Shown: positions 1 to 10,548, counted from the stretch's first letter. The stretch: 64,000 bases of DNA from Bacteroidales bacterium (GCA_030683155.1 JAUXMV010000019.1:6422-70421), one strand, 5' to 3'. Notes: a model not told the origin generated them from the sequence alone. Made by a program: numbers and translations.

Positions 1-84
1 CTTTCCATTGCGGGATCGGGAGTTGTACTGCTGTGGGTATTTTTCGATTTCCTTTTTTATCTAAGCGATACTCAAGTATTACTA

Positions 85-3000
85 ATGTTTAGGTTTAGTA
101 CCATTGCTGCTTATACTATTAACCTTTTAATTGCATTTAAACGTAATACCTCACTGGGATATCGGCAGCATTTAGTGGCAGGTTTTTACCTGGGAACGTT
201 GTTTTGCGCAATGCTTGCTTCGCATACAGGATACTTTGGAAGCAACTACACCTATGGTTTCCTTTTTATAATAATTTGCTGGCTGGTGCTCATTCCTCTT
301 TCTTACAAAAGACTTGTTGTTCACTTTTTCATGCTTCAGGTTCTATTCAACCTTTCGGTTGCCATTTTATCAAAATTCAATTTCCCGGTTAACCAATTTC
401 AGCAGGCCAACTTTTTGTTTTTGGGGGTTTCGGTAGCGGGGATTATTGCCGCCTTTTTTAGCAACCAGGCTGCTGTAGAAAATTTTTTGATTAAGCAAAA
501 CATTCAAAAAGCCCTTGAGCAGGTTTCCGATGCCAATAGCCAGCTAAAGGTTGAAATGGAAAAAAGAGAAACTGCCGTAACCGAACTTCGTGAAAAGCAA
601 ATGCTGCTTCATGTTCTTTTAAATCAGCTACCATTGATTATTTGGAGCGTCGATTTTGAAGGTAACTTTATATTTAACGAGGGCAGCGGACTTAAAAAAA
701 TTGGTTCGGAATCTGGCTTACGCATTGGGCAAAGTGCTTTTGAAGTATACAAAGGAAACGATCAGCTTCTTGATTTTATCCGAAAGGCAATAAAAGCAGA
801 AGTTGATGCGGAAATAGTTCTGTTAAATGGAATTTACTGGGATACCAGAGTTGTTCCTTACCTCGACCAGCAGGGAAAACAGATAGGAATACTAGGCGTT
901 TCGTTCGACATTACTGAACTCGTTAAAATGCAGCAAAGCCTTTCGGAGAGCGAGATGAAACATAGAACGCTGATCGAGAAGTCCCTCGATGGCATAATTA
1001 TTAGCCAGGATGCTAAGGTAATACTTGCAAATCAAGCCTTAGCCGATTTACTTGGTTATTCACTAGAGGAAATGTACACGGTTTTTGGCACCAATTCCAT
1101 TGCTCCTGAGGATAGGGAGCGGGTCATCGAAATTCATTACAAGAGAATGAGGGGCGAAATTGAAAATATGCGCTACACAGCGTCGTTGTTAACAAAAACG
1201 GGGAGCAGAGTGATATTCGATTTCAATTCAACCTCAATAACAATCAATAATAAACCAGCTTCGCTCATTACACTTCGTGATATTACCGAGTTCACCCAAA
1301 TTCAGAATGCCCTTAAGGAAAGTGAGGCAAAGTATCGTACTCTTATCGAAAAGTCGCTCGATGGCATTATTATTACTCAGGCAGGCAAAGTACACCTTGT
1401 TAACAAGGCGTTTGCCGATATGCTGGGATACACCATAGAGGAAATGTACACTTTGTTTGGTCCCGAAACCATAGCCCCCGAAGATAGGGAGCGTGTAGTA
1501 AAGATTCATTACAAAAGGATGCGGGGCGAAATTGATAATGCAAGATACACAGCAACAATGCTGAAAAAAACTGGTGAACGTGTAATGGTTGAGTTTAATA
1601 CCACCACCATTCAAATCAGCAATGCACCTGCTTCGTTAATAACTGCCCGCGATGTAACTGAGATTTCGCAAATGCAGAATGCCCTGATGGAGAGCGAGGC
1701 AAAGTACCGAATGCTTATTGACCGTGCCAATGATGGTATCATTATCACTCAATATGGCAAGTTCAGGTTTGCAAACCGAGCATTCTGTGAGCTTATGGAG
1801 TATGCAGAGGAAGAAGTAATTGAAAAACCCTTTGTAAACTACTTAGTAGAGGAGGACAAGGAAAGGCTAATTGAATACCACAGAAAACGAATGGCTGGCG
1901 ATATAGCCCAGTTCATTTACGAATGCAGCGCCATTACAAAAACCGGCAAAATTGTTCATCTCGAGCTCAATACAACGTACATTGAGTACCTGGGGAATCC
2001 GGCAACTTTTATAATAATGCGCGACCTCACCGACCGCAAGGCCATTGAGCGCGAGCTGGAAAAAAGCCAAAAACGCTACAAAAATCTCATCGAGAGCATC
2101 CAAGAGGGCCTTTACGTTGTTCAGGATTATAAATTCGTGTTTCTCAACGAGGCTATTGTAGATCTCATCGGCTATTCCGTTAACGAGCTAAAAGGGAATG
2201 ACTTCATAAAAGTGATTCCTCCTGAACACAGAGAAAACGTAGCCCTGCGACACAAAATGCGTATGAGCGGCGAGCCTGTTAGTACCGACTTTGAAACAAC
2301 CCTCTTGCATAAAAACGGAATCACAAGGGTTCCGGTAATTCTCTCCACAACACTTACCGAATTCGATGGGCGGCCAGCAGTGGTTGGAACAGCAAAGGAT
2401 ATTACTGAAAGAATGAAAGCCGAAGAAACCATTCGGAAAGCACATAATAAACTCGAAGAGATAAACCATACGCTGGAAAAAACCATTGAAATGCGTACCA
2501 ACCAGCTTACCGAAGCAAATACTCAATTGCTCAAGTTGCAAAAAGAGAATTTGCAGTCGCAGTTCGAAATGCTGAAGCAACAGGTAAATCCCCATTTTTT
2601 GTTTAATAGCCTCAACGTGCTTTCGTCACTCATTAAGTTAGAGCCCGATTTGGCCGAGCGGTTCACCGAACACCTCTCTAAAGTATACCGATACGTGCTC
2701 GAAAATAAGGATTGCGAACTGGTTAAGCTGAGCACCGAGCTGGAGTTTCTTGAGGCCTATTTATTCCTCCTAAGCATTCGCTTCGAGAATAAACTGCAGG
2801 TAAAACTAAATATCCCAAGCAGCAAACGCGAACTAATGGTTATCCCTCTTGCCTTGCAATTGCTTATTGAGAATGCCATTAAGCACAATGCCATGTCTCA
2901 AAAATCGCCACTTATAATTAATATTTTCATCGACAATGAAAACTATTTGGTTGTTAAAAACAATTTACAAGAAAGAGAAAGTTTCATCCCGTCTACGGGT

Positions 3001-3135
3001 GTAGGCTTAAAGAATATTACCCATAGGTATATGCTTCTTAATCTGAAAGAACCCCAATTCAAAAGAACTAATTCGGAATTTATTGCCAGTGTTCCATTAA
3101 TAAACAAGCAAAATTATGAGAGTATTAATAGTTGA
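85..3135 (+). CDS. Multi-PAS membrane sensor histidine kinase, LytS/YehU type
   Basis: 1016-aa ORF. It has N-terminal hydrophobic segments, a coiled coil and several PAS-like units, three of them tandem paralogs. The C-terminal H-box is QVNPHFLFNSLN, with ENAIKHN and GVGLKN ATPase motifs. The frame stays open upstream to nt 1, so the true start may lie outside the window. Confidence 0.9.
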   Translation: MFRFSTIAAYTINLLIAFKRNTSLGYRQHLVAGFYLGTLFCAMLASHTGYFGSNYTYGFLFIIICWLVLIPLSYKRLVVHFFMLQVLFNLSVAILSKFNFPVNQFQQANFLFLGVSVAGIIAAFFSNQAAVENFLIKQNIQKALEQVSDANSQLKVEMEKRETAVTELREKQMLLHVLLNQLPLIIWSVDFEGNFIFNEGSGLKKIGSESGLRIGQSAFEVYKGNDQLLDFIRKAIKAEVDAEIVLLNGIYWDTRVVPYLDQQGKQIGILGVSFDITELVKMQQSLSESEMKHRTLIEKSLDGIIISQDAKVILANQALADLLGYSLEEMYTVFGTNSIAPEDRERVIEIHYKRMRGEIENMRYTASLLTKTGSRVIFDFNSTSITINNKPASLITLRDITEFTQIQNALKESEAKYRTLIEKSLDGIIITQAGKVHLVNKAFADMLGYTIEEMYTLFGPETIAPEDRERVVKIHYKRMRGEIDNARYTATMLKKTGERVMVEFNTTTIQISNAPASLITARDVTEISQMQNALMESEAKYRMLIDRANDGIIITQYGKFRFANRAFCELMEYAEEEVIEKPFVNYLVEEDKERLIEYHRKRMAGDIAQFIYECSAITKTGKIVHLELNTTYIEYLGNPATFIIMRDLTDRKAIERELEKSQKRYKNLIESIQEGLYVVQDYKFVFLNEAIVDLIGYSVNELKGNDFIKVIPPEHRENVALRHKMRMSGEPVSTDFETTLLHKNGITRVPVILSTTLTEFDGRPAVVGTAKDITERMKAEETIRKAHNKLEEINHTLEKTIEMRTNQLTEANTQLLKLQKENLQSQFEMLKQQVNPHFLFNSLNVLSSLIKLEPDLAERFTEHLSKVYRYVLENKDCELVKLSTELEFLEAYLFLLSIRFENKLQVKLNIPSSKRELMVIPLALQLLIENAIKHNAMSQKSPLIINIFIDNENYLVVKNNLQERESFIPSTGVGLKNITHRYMLLNLKEPQFKRTNSEFIASVPLINKQNYESINS

Positions 3136-3871
3136 AGATGAGCGCCTAGCCGCTCGAAGGCTAGAGAGTATGATACATACTTTCGATTCGGGCATTGTGG
3201 TACTAGCCAAACTCGAATCGGTTGAAGACTCTGTAAATTGGCTTAAATCGAACCCGCAACCTGATCTGATTTTTCTCGATATTCACTTAGAAGATAACCT
3301 GAGCTTCGCCATATTCGAGCACGTTGAGGTGAATGCACCCATAATTTTCACTACTGCCTACGACGAGTATGCGATTAGGGCATTTAAGCTGAAAAGCATC
3401 GATTACCTTCTGAAGCCAATTGTTCAGGACGAACTTAACAATGCAATTGTTAAATATAAAAATTGGAAAGTGCACGATGTCTCTATCGACCTTGCTCCAA
3501 TTTTTGATTTAATTGACAAAAATAAACGTAGCTACCGTGAAAGGTTTTCGGTATCGTTTGGGCAAAAAATTAAATCGTTTAAGGTTTCTGATATTGCTTA
3601 CTTCTATTCCAAAGAGGGCTTAACATTCGCAGTTTTGAATGATAACAAGGAATACCCCATCGACTATTCACTCGAAGCATTGTTAAACGAACTTGATCTT
3701 ACCCAGTTCTTTCGCATCAACAGGCAGTATGTAATATCGCACCAATGCATTAAGCAGGTGCACATTTTCCCCAAAAGCAGACTAAAATTAGAACTAATCC
3801 CCAAGCCCTTAATCGACATTTTTGTGAGTATCGACAGGGTTACTCCATTCAAAAAATGGTTTGGTGAGTAA
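3116..3871 (+). CDS. LytTR-family response regulator
   Basis: The receiver domain has VEDE and LDIHL motifs. The C-terminal LytTR-like DNA-binding domain has FFRINRQYVIS. It overlaps the upstream kinase by 20 nt. Confidence 0.9.
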   Translation: MRVLIVEDERLAARRLESMIHTFDSGIVVLAKLESVEDSVNWLKSNPQPDLIFLDIHLEDNLSFAIFEHVEVNAPIIFTTAYDEYAIRAFKLKSIDYLLKPIVQDELNNAIVKYKNWKVHDVSIDLAPIFDLIDKNKRSYRERFSVSFGQKIKSFKVSDIAYFYSKEGLTFAVLNDNKEYPIDYSLEALLNELDLTQFFRINRQYVISHQCIKQVHIFPKSRLKLELIPKPLIDIFVSIDRVTPFKKWFGE

Positions 3872-3887
3872 TTAAAAGAAAGATGAA

Positions 3888-4421
3888 ATGAATCCTATTA
3901 TTAGACAAGAAAAATTTGATGACCATAAAGCGGTTTTTACCATTACCGAATTAGCCTTTCGCAATCTCGAAATTTCGGAGCATAACGAGCAGTTTCTGGT
4001 TGATCGGTTAAGAAAATCGTCGGCTTTTATTCCCGAGTTATCAATGGTTGCGGAAATAGAGGGAAAGATTGTAGGACATATTCTTTTAACGAAGATTTTA
4101 ATAAAGAACGAGAAAAGCGAACACGAATCGTTAACGTTGGCGCCTGTTTCCGTTCATCCCGATTTTCAGAAAATGGGCATTGGAGCCAAATTAATTCAGG
4201 CGGCACACCAAAAAGCAAGGGAGCTGGGTTACAAATCGGTTGTTCTGATTGGGCATCCACATTACTACCCACGTTTTGGTTACCGTAAGGCAAGCGATTT
4301 TGGCATAAAGTTTCATTTCGACGCACCCGACGAAGTGTGTATGGCCGTTGAGCTGGTCCCAAAGGGTTTTAATGGAGTAAATGGGTTTGTGGAGCTGGCC
4401 AAGGAATTTTTTGAGAATTAG
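3888..4421 (+). CDS. GNAT family N-acetyltransferase (YhbS-like)
   Basis: The acetyl-CoA binding motif is VHPDFQKMGIGAKLIQ. Size is 177 aa. Confidence 0.85.
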   Translation: MNPIIRQEKFDDHKAVFTITELAFRNLEISEHNEQFLVDRLRKSSAFIPELSMVAEIEGKIVGHILLTKILIKNEKSEHESLTLAPVSVHPDFQKMGIGAKLIQAAHQKARELGYKSVVLIGHPHYYPRFGYRKASDFGIKFHFDAPDEVCMAVELVPKGFNGVNGFVELAKEFFEN

Positions 4422-4440
4422 AATAGAAATTAAACATATC

Positions 4441-5307
4441 ATGATACAGGTTAGGAGTTTGTCCCAGGTAGCGTTCGATAGGCTTTACGAAGCGTTCTCG
4501 GAGGCGTTTAAGGATTATGAGATCTCAATAACACGTTACGAATTGCAAAAAATGCATATCCGTCGCGGATTTGAAGCAAAACTTTCGTTTGGAGCATTCG
4601 ATAACGATAGGTTGGTTAGCTTTACCTTTAATGGTATTGGCTGGCACAATGGACAGTATACTGCCTACGACACAGGAACCGGAACAATTGATGAATATAA
4701 GGGGCAAGGTTTGGCATCGAGGGTTTTTACCGAATCAATCCCTTACTTGGTTGAAGATGGAATAACGCAATATCTTCTCGAAGTATTACAACACAACGAT
4801 AAAGCTATTTCGGTCTATAAAAAGCTCGGATTTGAGGTGAGTCGTGAATTCAACTACTTTGTAAATGATGCAGAAATGCTTGCCATTATTAAAAAGGATC
4901 TAGGTAAGGACTATACCATTAAGCAAATAACCGTTGACGATCTGGGTGAGGTAACCATGTTCTGGGATTTTGCCCCATCTTGGCAAAACAGCTTCGCTTC
5001 AATCTTTCGCAGTCAGACCGATTTTATTGTATTAGGTGCATATCGCGAAAAAGACCTGGTGGGCTATGGTATTTTTGAACCCACAACGGGCGATATTACT
5101 CAACTAGCCGTGCATAAGCTGCATCGGAGAAAAGGAATAGGTACAGCACTACTAAAAGAGATGGTAAAGCGTAACAAACATTCTAATATTAAGGCAATTA
5201 ATACTGAAATTGGTTGCGAAAATATTACACGGTTTTTCCTGGCAAATGGGTTACCCTTAAAGGGAAAGCAGTACGAGATGATAAATAGAATGACGTTAAA
5301 TCGTTGA
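4441..5307 (+). CDS. GNAT family N-acetyltransferase (two-lobed)
   Basis: Carries the motif QLAVHKLHRRKGIGTALL. The ATG at 4441 (MIQVRSL) is preferred over the track start at 4381, which overlaps the previous gene. Confidence 0.8.
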   Translation: MIQVRSLSQVAFDRLYEAFSEAFKDYEISITRYELQKMHIRRGFEAKLSFGAFDNDRLVSFTFNGIGWHNGQYTAYDTGTGTIDEYKGQGLASRVFTESIPYLVEDGITQYLLEVLQHNDKAISVYKKLGFEVSREFNYFVNDAEMLAIIKKDLGKDYTIKQITVDDLGEVTMFWDFAPSWQNSFASIFRSQTDFIVLGAYREKDLVGYGIFEPTTGDITQLAVHKLHRRKGIGTALLKEMVKRNKHSNIKAINTEIGCENITRFFLANGLPLKGKQYEMINRMTLNR

Positions 5308-5322
5308 TTATTAAACACACAC

Positions 5323-5950
5323 AGCATAGATGTAATAAAATCATACAAGGTTTGGGCAAGTCAGTACGACACTAACGAGAACAAAACGAGGGATGCTGAA
5401 GCGATTTCGTTAAGAGAATCGCTGGCAGGCATGGAGTTCAGTACTTGATTGCAAATCGGTTGTGGCACAGGTAAAAATCCAAATGGCTTGTGAGCATTGC
5501 AATGGTGTAACTGCTATTGATCTGTAGGACGAAATGCTGGCAAAAGCGAAGGAAAAAATCAAAGCTGATAACGTTAAGTTCATTAGGGCTGACATCACCA
5601 AAGATTGGGACTTTGCCAAAGAGGAATATGACTTCGTTACCTTTAGTCTTGTGCTTGAGCATTTAGAAGTTTTGATTGAAATTTTTCGAAAAGTTTCGAG
5701 AGTAATAGCTCCAAATGGATTGGTTAATGTTGGCAGTCTTCATCACTTTAAGCAGTACACCGGAATAAAAGTCCGATTTGAGACGGAGGATGGGTTACAC
5801 ATTGTTATTTGCTTTAAACATAATATTTTCGATTTTACTGGGGCTGCCAAAAACAATGGATTTCAAATAGAAGATATTATTGAGCGCTTCGACGATGGAA
5901 ATAGGGATACAATCCCAAGGATTATCACATTGCTTCTAAGGAAATTATAA
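5323..5950 (+). pseudogene. Class I SAM-dependent methyltransferase, disrupted
   Basis: Motif I (IGCGTGKN) reads in one frame at 5455-5478 and is preceded by an in-frame TGA at 5446-5448. VTAIDL-TAG-DEMLAKAKEK reads in another frame, with the TAG at 5525-5527. Only the C-terminal 138 aa (5534-5950) remain as an open ORF. Confidence 0.8.
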
Positions 5951-5978
5951 TGGATGATATCTATTTGAATTTGATTGG

Positions 5979-6812
5979 TTACAACTCTCCTCTTTCAAAC
6001 TTTTCGATCATCTCACCCGCGATGCTCAACGATGGTGAAAATGGAGGGAGTTCCCCACGATGAAACCAGACTGCTTCCGAAACTTCTTTTTCATCAATTT
6101 TAATGGGCTCGTTTTCATCAGCCTCGGCTACAAATCCAATCATCATTGATCCACTTAATGGCCATGGCTGACTTTTGTAATATCTAATATTTTTGACTTC
6201 TAAGCCAACTTCTTCGGCAACCTCCCTTTTAACAGCTTGCTCAAGGGTTTCGCCAAAATCAACGTAACCGGCAATTAAGGTATGCCAACCTACCCTACTT
6301 TCCATCCCTCTGATTAATAGAATTTTATGGTTACAAATTACGGCAACAATAATGGCTGGTGCTATCAGAGGATATTTAACTGTATTGCAACTTGGACAAA
6401 CTATAGCTCTCTCATCGGTTTTATGCAGGGTTGCTGCCGCGCACTTGCCACAATACCTGTTGCTTTGATACCAATATTTGAATTGATATCCAAGCAAGCT
6501 TAACCAGGCCAACTCCTTGTCCGGCATAGCCCGAAAAAAAGTAATGTCTTTGAAAACAAAATTCTCACCTTTGGTTTTGGGTTTGTCCCTCAAAAGAAAA
6601 CAGGGAATATTATTGAATGTAAATAGAAAAACGGCTTCAGCATTACCAGGAAAAGCCTCAAAATCTGTTTTTTGTGGTATTGAGAACTCATTCTCTATAA
6701 CCTTCCAAAGTAATCCTTCTTCGTTATAGTAAAGGATATAGTCGTTTTCGGAAATTGATTTATTGCCAGAGAACTGAACGTTTATAATATTTGGGGAGAT
6801 TTCGTTTATCAT
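5979..6812 (-). CDS. nudC: NAD(+) diphosphatase (NADH pyrophosphatase), Nudix family
   Basis: The zinc ribbon is CGKC...CPSC. The Nudix box GYVDFGETLEQAVKREVAEEVGL follows it. Confidence 0.85.
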   Translation of the reverse strand: MINEISPNIINVQFSGNKSISENDYILYYNEEGLLWKVIENEFSIPQKTDFEAFPGNAEAVFLFTFNNIPCFLLRDKPKTKGENFVFKDITFFRAMPDKELAWLSLLGYQFKYWYQSNRYCGKCAAATLHKTDERAIVCPSCNTVKYPLIAPAIIVAVICNHKILLIRGMESRVGWHTLIAGYVDFGETLEQAVKREVAEEVGLEVKNIRYYKSQPWPLSGSMMIGFVAEADENEPIKIDEKEVSEAVWFHRGELPPFSPSLSIAGEMIEKFERGEL

Positions 6813-7029
6813 TTGGAAGCAGTTTGAGTAATTTTATAATTGAATACAAATTTGATGAATGATTTGGTAAGTTGAACCTCTTAAACAATTTTTTTTAATG
6901 CTTGAAAGCCAACAAATTTGTTTCGATTCAATCTTTTGTAAATGCGCTTTTAATCTACTTTTTTCGTTTTTTAACCGTATAAATTCGGCATTCACCTTTT
7001 TTTCTTTTGCGGCAGAACCTGTCACAACC

Positions 7030-7037
7030 TATATTTG
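7030..7037 (+). promoter_or_regulatory. Candidate Bacteroidota -7 promoter box (TATATTTG)
   Basis: Matches TAnnTTTG and lies 19 nt upstream of the ATG at 7056. Confidence 0.3.
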
Positions 7038-7055
7038 GTTCAGTTATAAAAATTA

Positions 7056-7769
7056 ATGGCTATGAATAATGAGTCTAAGGCAAGTGTTCTTAAGTTTGGG
7101 AAATTTGCTGTATACATTAACCTTATGGGCGTAATTCTTTCGGGGCTAGTATTTCCGGTAATTTCATCAATTTTTTATCCTCAACCCCAATGGCAAAGTG
7201 CCGATCTTTTCATCCAATCGTACCATCCCATTCAAACCGCCACTTTCTTCTGCGGTTATTTTCTGGTCATTGGATCTTTACTCACATTCGTTGCTTTGTA
7301 CTTTCTGGCAAGCAAGTCCAAGCAGATTTGGGCACTTTCGGCCCTGTGCATCAATGTAATATTTACAGCCATTGTTTTTATAAACTACATAATACAAACC
7401 ACTTATGTACCCTATCTGGCATCGACCAATGCGTCTGAGGCGCAAAATATTTTAGCAACGTTCACAATGGCTAATCCAGGTTCGTTTGCCTGGGCATTGG
7501 AAATGTATGGTTGGGGTGGAATAGGCTTTTCTTTTATCTTCATGGCGTTTATTTTTGGCAAGGAGCGTTTTGAGCCTACCCTTAAAGTGCTTTTTTGGGC
7601 TAACGGAATTGCTAGTGTAACTTCTGCATTGGCCACTTCGTTAAATATGAAGTGGCTCTTCTCGCCAGCTGGATTTGCCGCTTTAATTGTATGGAATTTA
7701 CTGGTGGTAGTGATTGATATTGTTTTATTAAAGTATTTTTCGATGTATTCTTTTCAAAATAAAAGGTAG
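7056..7769 (+). CDS. Hypothetical integral membrane protein
   Basis: 237-aa ORF with about six hydrophobic helices. No family was recognised. Confidence 0.6.
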   Translation: MAMNNESKASVLKFGKFAVYINLMGVILSGLVFPVISSIFYPQPQWQSADLFIQSYHPIQTATFFCGYFLVIGSLLTFVALYFLASKSKQIWALSALCINVIFTAIVFINYIIQTTYVPYLASTNASEAQNILATFTMANPGSFAWALEMYGWGGIGFSFIFMAFIFGKERFEPTLKVLFWANGIASVTSALATSLNMKWLFSPAGFAALIVWNLLVVVIDIVLLKYFSMYSFQNKR

Positions 7770-7815
7770 CGGAATAATAGATTATAATGCCAACATTAAC
7801 GAAAACAACAAAATT

Positions 7816-9132
7816 ATGAAAAGACTCTTTTTATTGTTAGCAATTGGGCTGATGGCTCAAATGGGATTTGCTCAGGAATTCGATAAGGCTAAATTAGACA
7901 GCTACTTCGATGCACTACAAGCGAACAATAGGTTTATGGGAAGCGTAGCAGTTTCTCGAGACGGCGAAATAATTTATACAAAAGCCATTGGCTACTGCGA
8001 TACCGAGAGCAAAATAAAAGCTAATCCAAATTCCAAGTATCGAATTGGCTCAATAACAAAAACCCTTACAACAGTTTTGGTTTTCAAAGCTGTTGAAAAT
8101 GATCTATTGGATATCAATCAAACTATCGACAAATATTTCCCAACCATTGCTAATGCCAATAAAATTACCATTAGCCAATTGCTTTACCACCGAAGCGGCA
8201 TTCATAGCTTTACCAGCGACAAGGATTATTTAACCTGGAATACCAAGCCAAAAACAGAAAAAGAGATGCTTGATATTATTGCCAAAGGGGGAAGCGATTT
8301 TGAGCCTGACAGTAAAGCGGAGTACAGCAATTCCAATTTCGTTCTGTTGACCTATATTCTCGAAAAGAGTTTTGAAAAACCTTATGCCAACCTTTTGGTG
8401 GAGTACATAATAAACCCTTTGGGTTTGAAGCATACACACTTGGGAGGGAAAATTAATCCAAAAAACAACGAGTGCAATTCGTATAGCATTGGTGGAGACT
8501 GGAAACTTGAGCCCGAAACCGATATTTCAATCCCCCTTGGAGCAGGTGGAATTGTTTCTTCTCCAAGCGATTTGGTAAAATTCAGCGATGCTTTATTTAG
8601 CGATAAGCTATTAAAAAAGGAAAGCGTTGAACAAATGAAAACCATTAAGGACAACTATGGGATGGGTCTGTTTAAATATCCATTTTACGACAAAACTGGC
8701 TACGGACATACAGGTGGAATCGATGGTTTTTCCTCAGTATTCACTCATTTCCCCGACGAAAATATCTCTTACGCAATGACCTCAAATGGAACAAATTTTA
8801 ACAACAACGATATTTCACTTGTTGTTTTAAGCGCCATTTTTGGTAAACCATACACTATACCTGAATTTAAAACATTTAGCATCAGTTCGGAAGAGTTGGA
8901 TAAGTACCTGGGCACCTACTCATCGTTGCAAATTCCATTGAAAATTATGGTTACAAAAGAGAACAATACTTTAAAGGCGCAGGCAACGGGTCAATCGGCG
9001 TTTCCACTTGAACCTAGCGACATTGATAAATTTAAGTTCGACCTGGCAGGAATAGTGATGGAATTTAATCCAAAAGAAAGCACAATGATTCTAAAGCAAG
9101 GTGGTGGACAGTTCTTATTTACCAAAGAATAA
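7816..9132 (+). CDS. Secreted serine hydrolase, beta-lactamase/PBP-like family
   Basis: Has a signal peptide. Motifs are SITK (SxxK), YSN and HTG. Confidence 0.85.
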   Translation: MKRLFLLLAIGLMAQMGFAQEFDKAKLDSYFDALQANNRFMGSVAVSRDGEIIYTKAIGYCDTESKIKANPNSKYRIGSITKTLTTVLVFKAVENDLLDINQTIDKYFPTIANANKITISQLLYHRSGIHSFTSDKDYLTWNTKPKTEKEMLDIIAKGGSDFEPDSKAEYSNSNFVLLTYILEKSFEKPYANLLVEYIINPLGLKHTHLGGKINPKNNECNSYSIGGDWKLEPETDISIPLGAGGIVSSPSDLVKFSDALFSDKLLKKESVEQMKTIKDNYGMGLFKYPFYDKTGYGHTGGIDGFSSVFTHFPDENISYAMTSNGTNFNNNDISLVVLSAIFGKPYTIPEFKTFSISSEELDKYLGTYSSLQIPLKIMVTKENNTLKAQATGQSAFPLEPSDIDKFKFDLAGIVMEFNPKESTMILKQGGGQFLFTKE

Positions 9133-9184
9133 ATAGGTTAAGTAATTAGGTGAGGCATACAATTGTGATATTAATTTAAAAACG

Positions 9185-10129
9185 ATGACAAGTTTTAAAA
9201 GCAGGATTTTCAACTTTATAATCCGTAATGGGCATATCCTCCGAGGACAGCTTCACAAGGAGGTGTTTGATATGAACACATCCATTGATATGTTCAGGGA
9301 GCGATGCGAAAAGGGAGCAAGCAAGTATGCGAAAACTCCTAAAAACGTCGCAATCAAGCCGCTGGTAATTAATGGCATTAATGCCGAGTGGCTTATTCCT
9401 GCAGGTGCAAGCGCTGAAAAAGTAATTCTTTATGTTCATGGTGGAGGCTATGTCTCTGGTTCGTGCAACGACCATAGGGGTTTTGTGTCGAAATTTGCTA
9501 ATAATACAGGAGTTACAAATCTAACTTTCGAGTATCGTCTAGCGCCGGAACATCCATTTCCAGCAGCAGTCGAAGATTCCGTTAAGGTTTACCAATGGTT
9601 ACTCCAATCAGGCTATAAGTCCGAAAACATATTAATAGCAGGTGAGTCGGCTGGAGGCGGATTAACGCTTGCCACGCTCCTTGCGCTAAAGGAGCAACAA
9701 ATTCCTATGCCCAAGGCAGCAGTTGCCATTTCGCCCTGGACTGACCTGACATGCTCGAGCGAATCGTACAAATCTAAGAATAAACTTTCGCCCGCTCCGC
9801 TCAACTCGTGGTTCGTTTTTAGTAACCATTACGTTGGCAACAACAAGGCCGACAATCCTCTTATATCTCCACTCTTTGGCGATTTGAGTGGTTTGCCACC
9901 GTTACTAATAATCTCGGGAGTTGACGATGAGCTGTTTGAGGATGGCGAAAAGTTCTACATAAAAGCCAAGGCTGCAGGAGTTGATATAAGGTTTATAGCA
10001 GGAGAAGGAATGGTACACTGCTTCCCTTTGCTTGCTCCAATGTTCCCCGAGGCTACTGAGGCGATGGTTGAGATAGCTGGCTTCATTAAATTGCATTTAG
10101 GATTGAGGGTTGAGAAAAATAATCGCTAA
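9185..10129 (+). CDS. Alpha/beta hydrolase fold-3 esterase/lipase (HSL family)
   Basis: Has an HGGG oxyanion motif (VHGGGY), the GESAGG nucleophile elbow and a C-terminal His. Confidence 0.85.
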   Translation: MTSFKSRIFNFIIRNGHILRGQLHKEVFDMNTSIDMFRERCEKGASKYAKTPKNVAIKPLVINGINAEWLIPAGASAEKVILYVHGGGYVSGSCNDHRGFVSKFANNTGVTNLTFEYRLAPEHPFPAAVEDSVKVYQWLLQSGYKSENILIAGESAGGGLTLATLLALKEQQIPMPKAAVAISPWTDLTCSSESYKSKNKLSPAPLNSWFVFSNHYVGNNKADNPLISPLFGDLSGLPPLLIISGVDDELFEDGEKFYIKAKAAGVDIRFIAGEGMVHCFPLLAPMFPEATEAMVEIAGFIKLHLGLRVEKNNR

Positions 10130-10233
10130 ACCTTTATGAACCATTATTAAATGACAGTATAACGGCATTTATTAAATTCTTAATGAAGTTGTTATTTAAA
10201 TCTAATTTTCAAAAAACATTAAATACTTAAACT

Positions 10234-10548
10234 ATGATTATTTCAACTACTGAAAACATTCCTAACAAGGAGACCGAAGCCATTTTGGGCATTGCCCGTG
10301 GTAGTACTGTAAGGGCGCGCAATATTGGCAGAGATATTTTTGCCGGTTTAAAAAATATTGTCGGAGGCGAGATTGAAGAATACACCCAGCTTCAGGCCCA
10401 AGCGAGGGAAGAAGCCATGCAGCGAATGGTTGCTGATGCAAAGCGGATGGGTGCCGATGCCATAATTGGGTTCCGACTCGAAAGCGCTATGATTATGCAG
10501 GGAGCAGCCGAAATTCTTGCCTATGGCACTGCAGTAAAAATTTCGTGA
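10234..10548 (+). CDS. YbjQ family protein (UPF0145)
   Basis: 104 aa with the typical YbjQ sequence (GIARGSTVRARNIGRDIFAGLKNIVGGEI). Confidence 0.85.
   Translation: MIISTTENIPNKETEAILGIARGSTVRARNIGRDIFAGLKNIVGGEIEEYTQLQAQAREEAMQRMVADAKRMGADAIIGFRLESAMIMQGAAEILAYGTAVKIS

Noticed and set aside
1234-2735. Several 70-135-aa minus-strand ORFs
   Set aside because: All are antisense shadows inside the PAS kinase gene.
4381-4440. Upstream ATG at 4381 as start of the second GNAT gene
   Set aside because: It would overlap the first GNAT gene by 41 nt and add a non-homologous leader. The ATG at 4441 gives a typical N-terminus.
5534-5950. Intact short methyltransferase ORF (138 aa)
   Set aside because: The SAM-binding motif I and N-terminal region lie upstream in other frames, interrupted by stops. 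The ORF is treated as the 3' part of a pseudogene.
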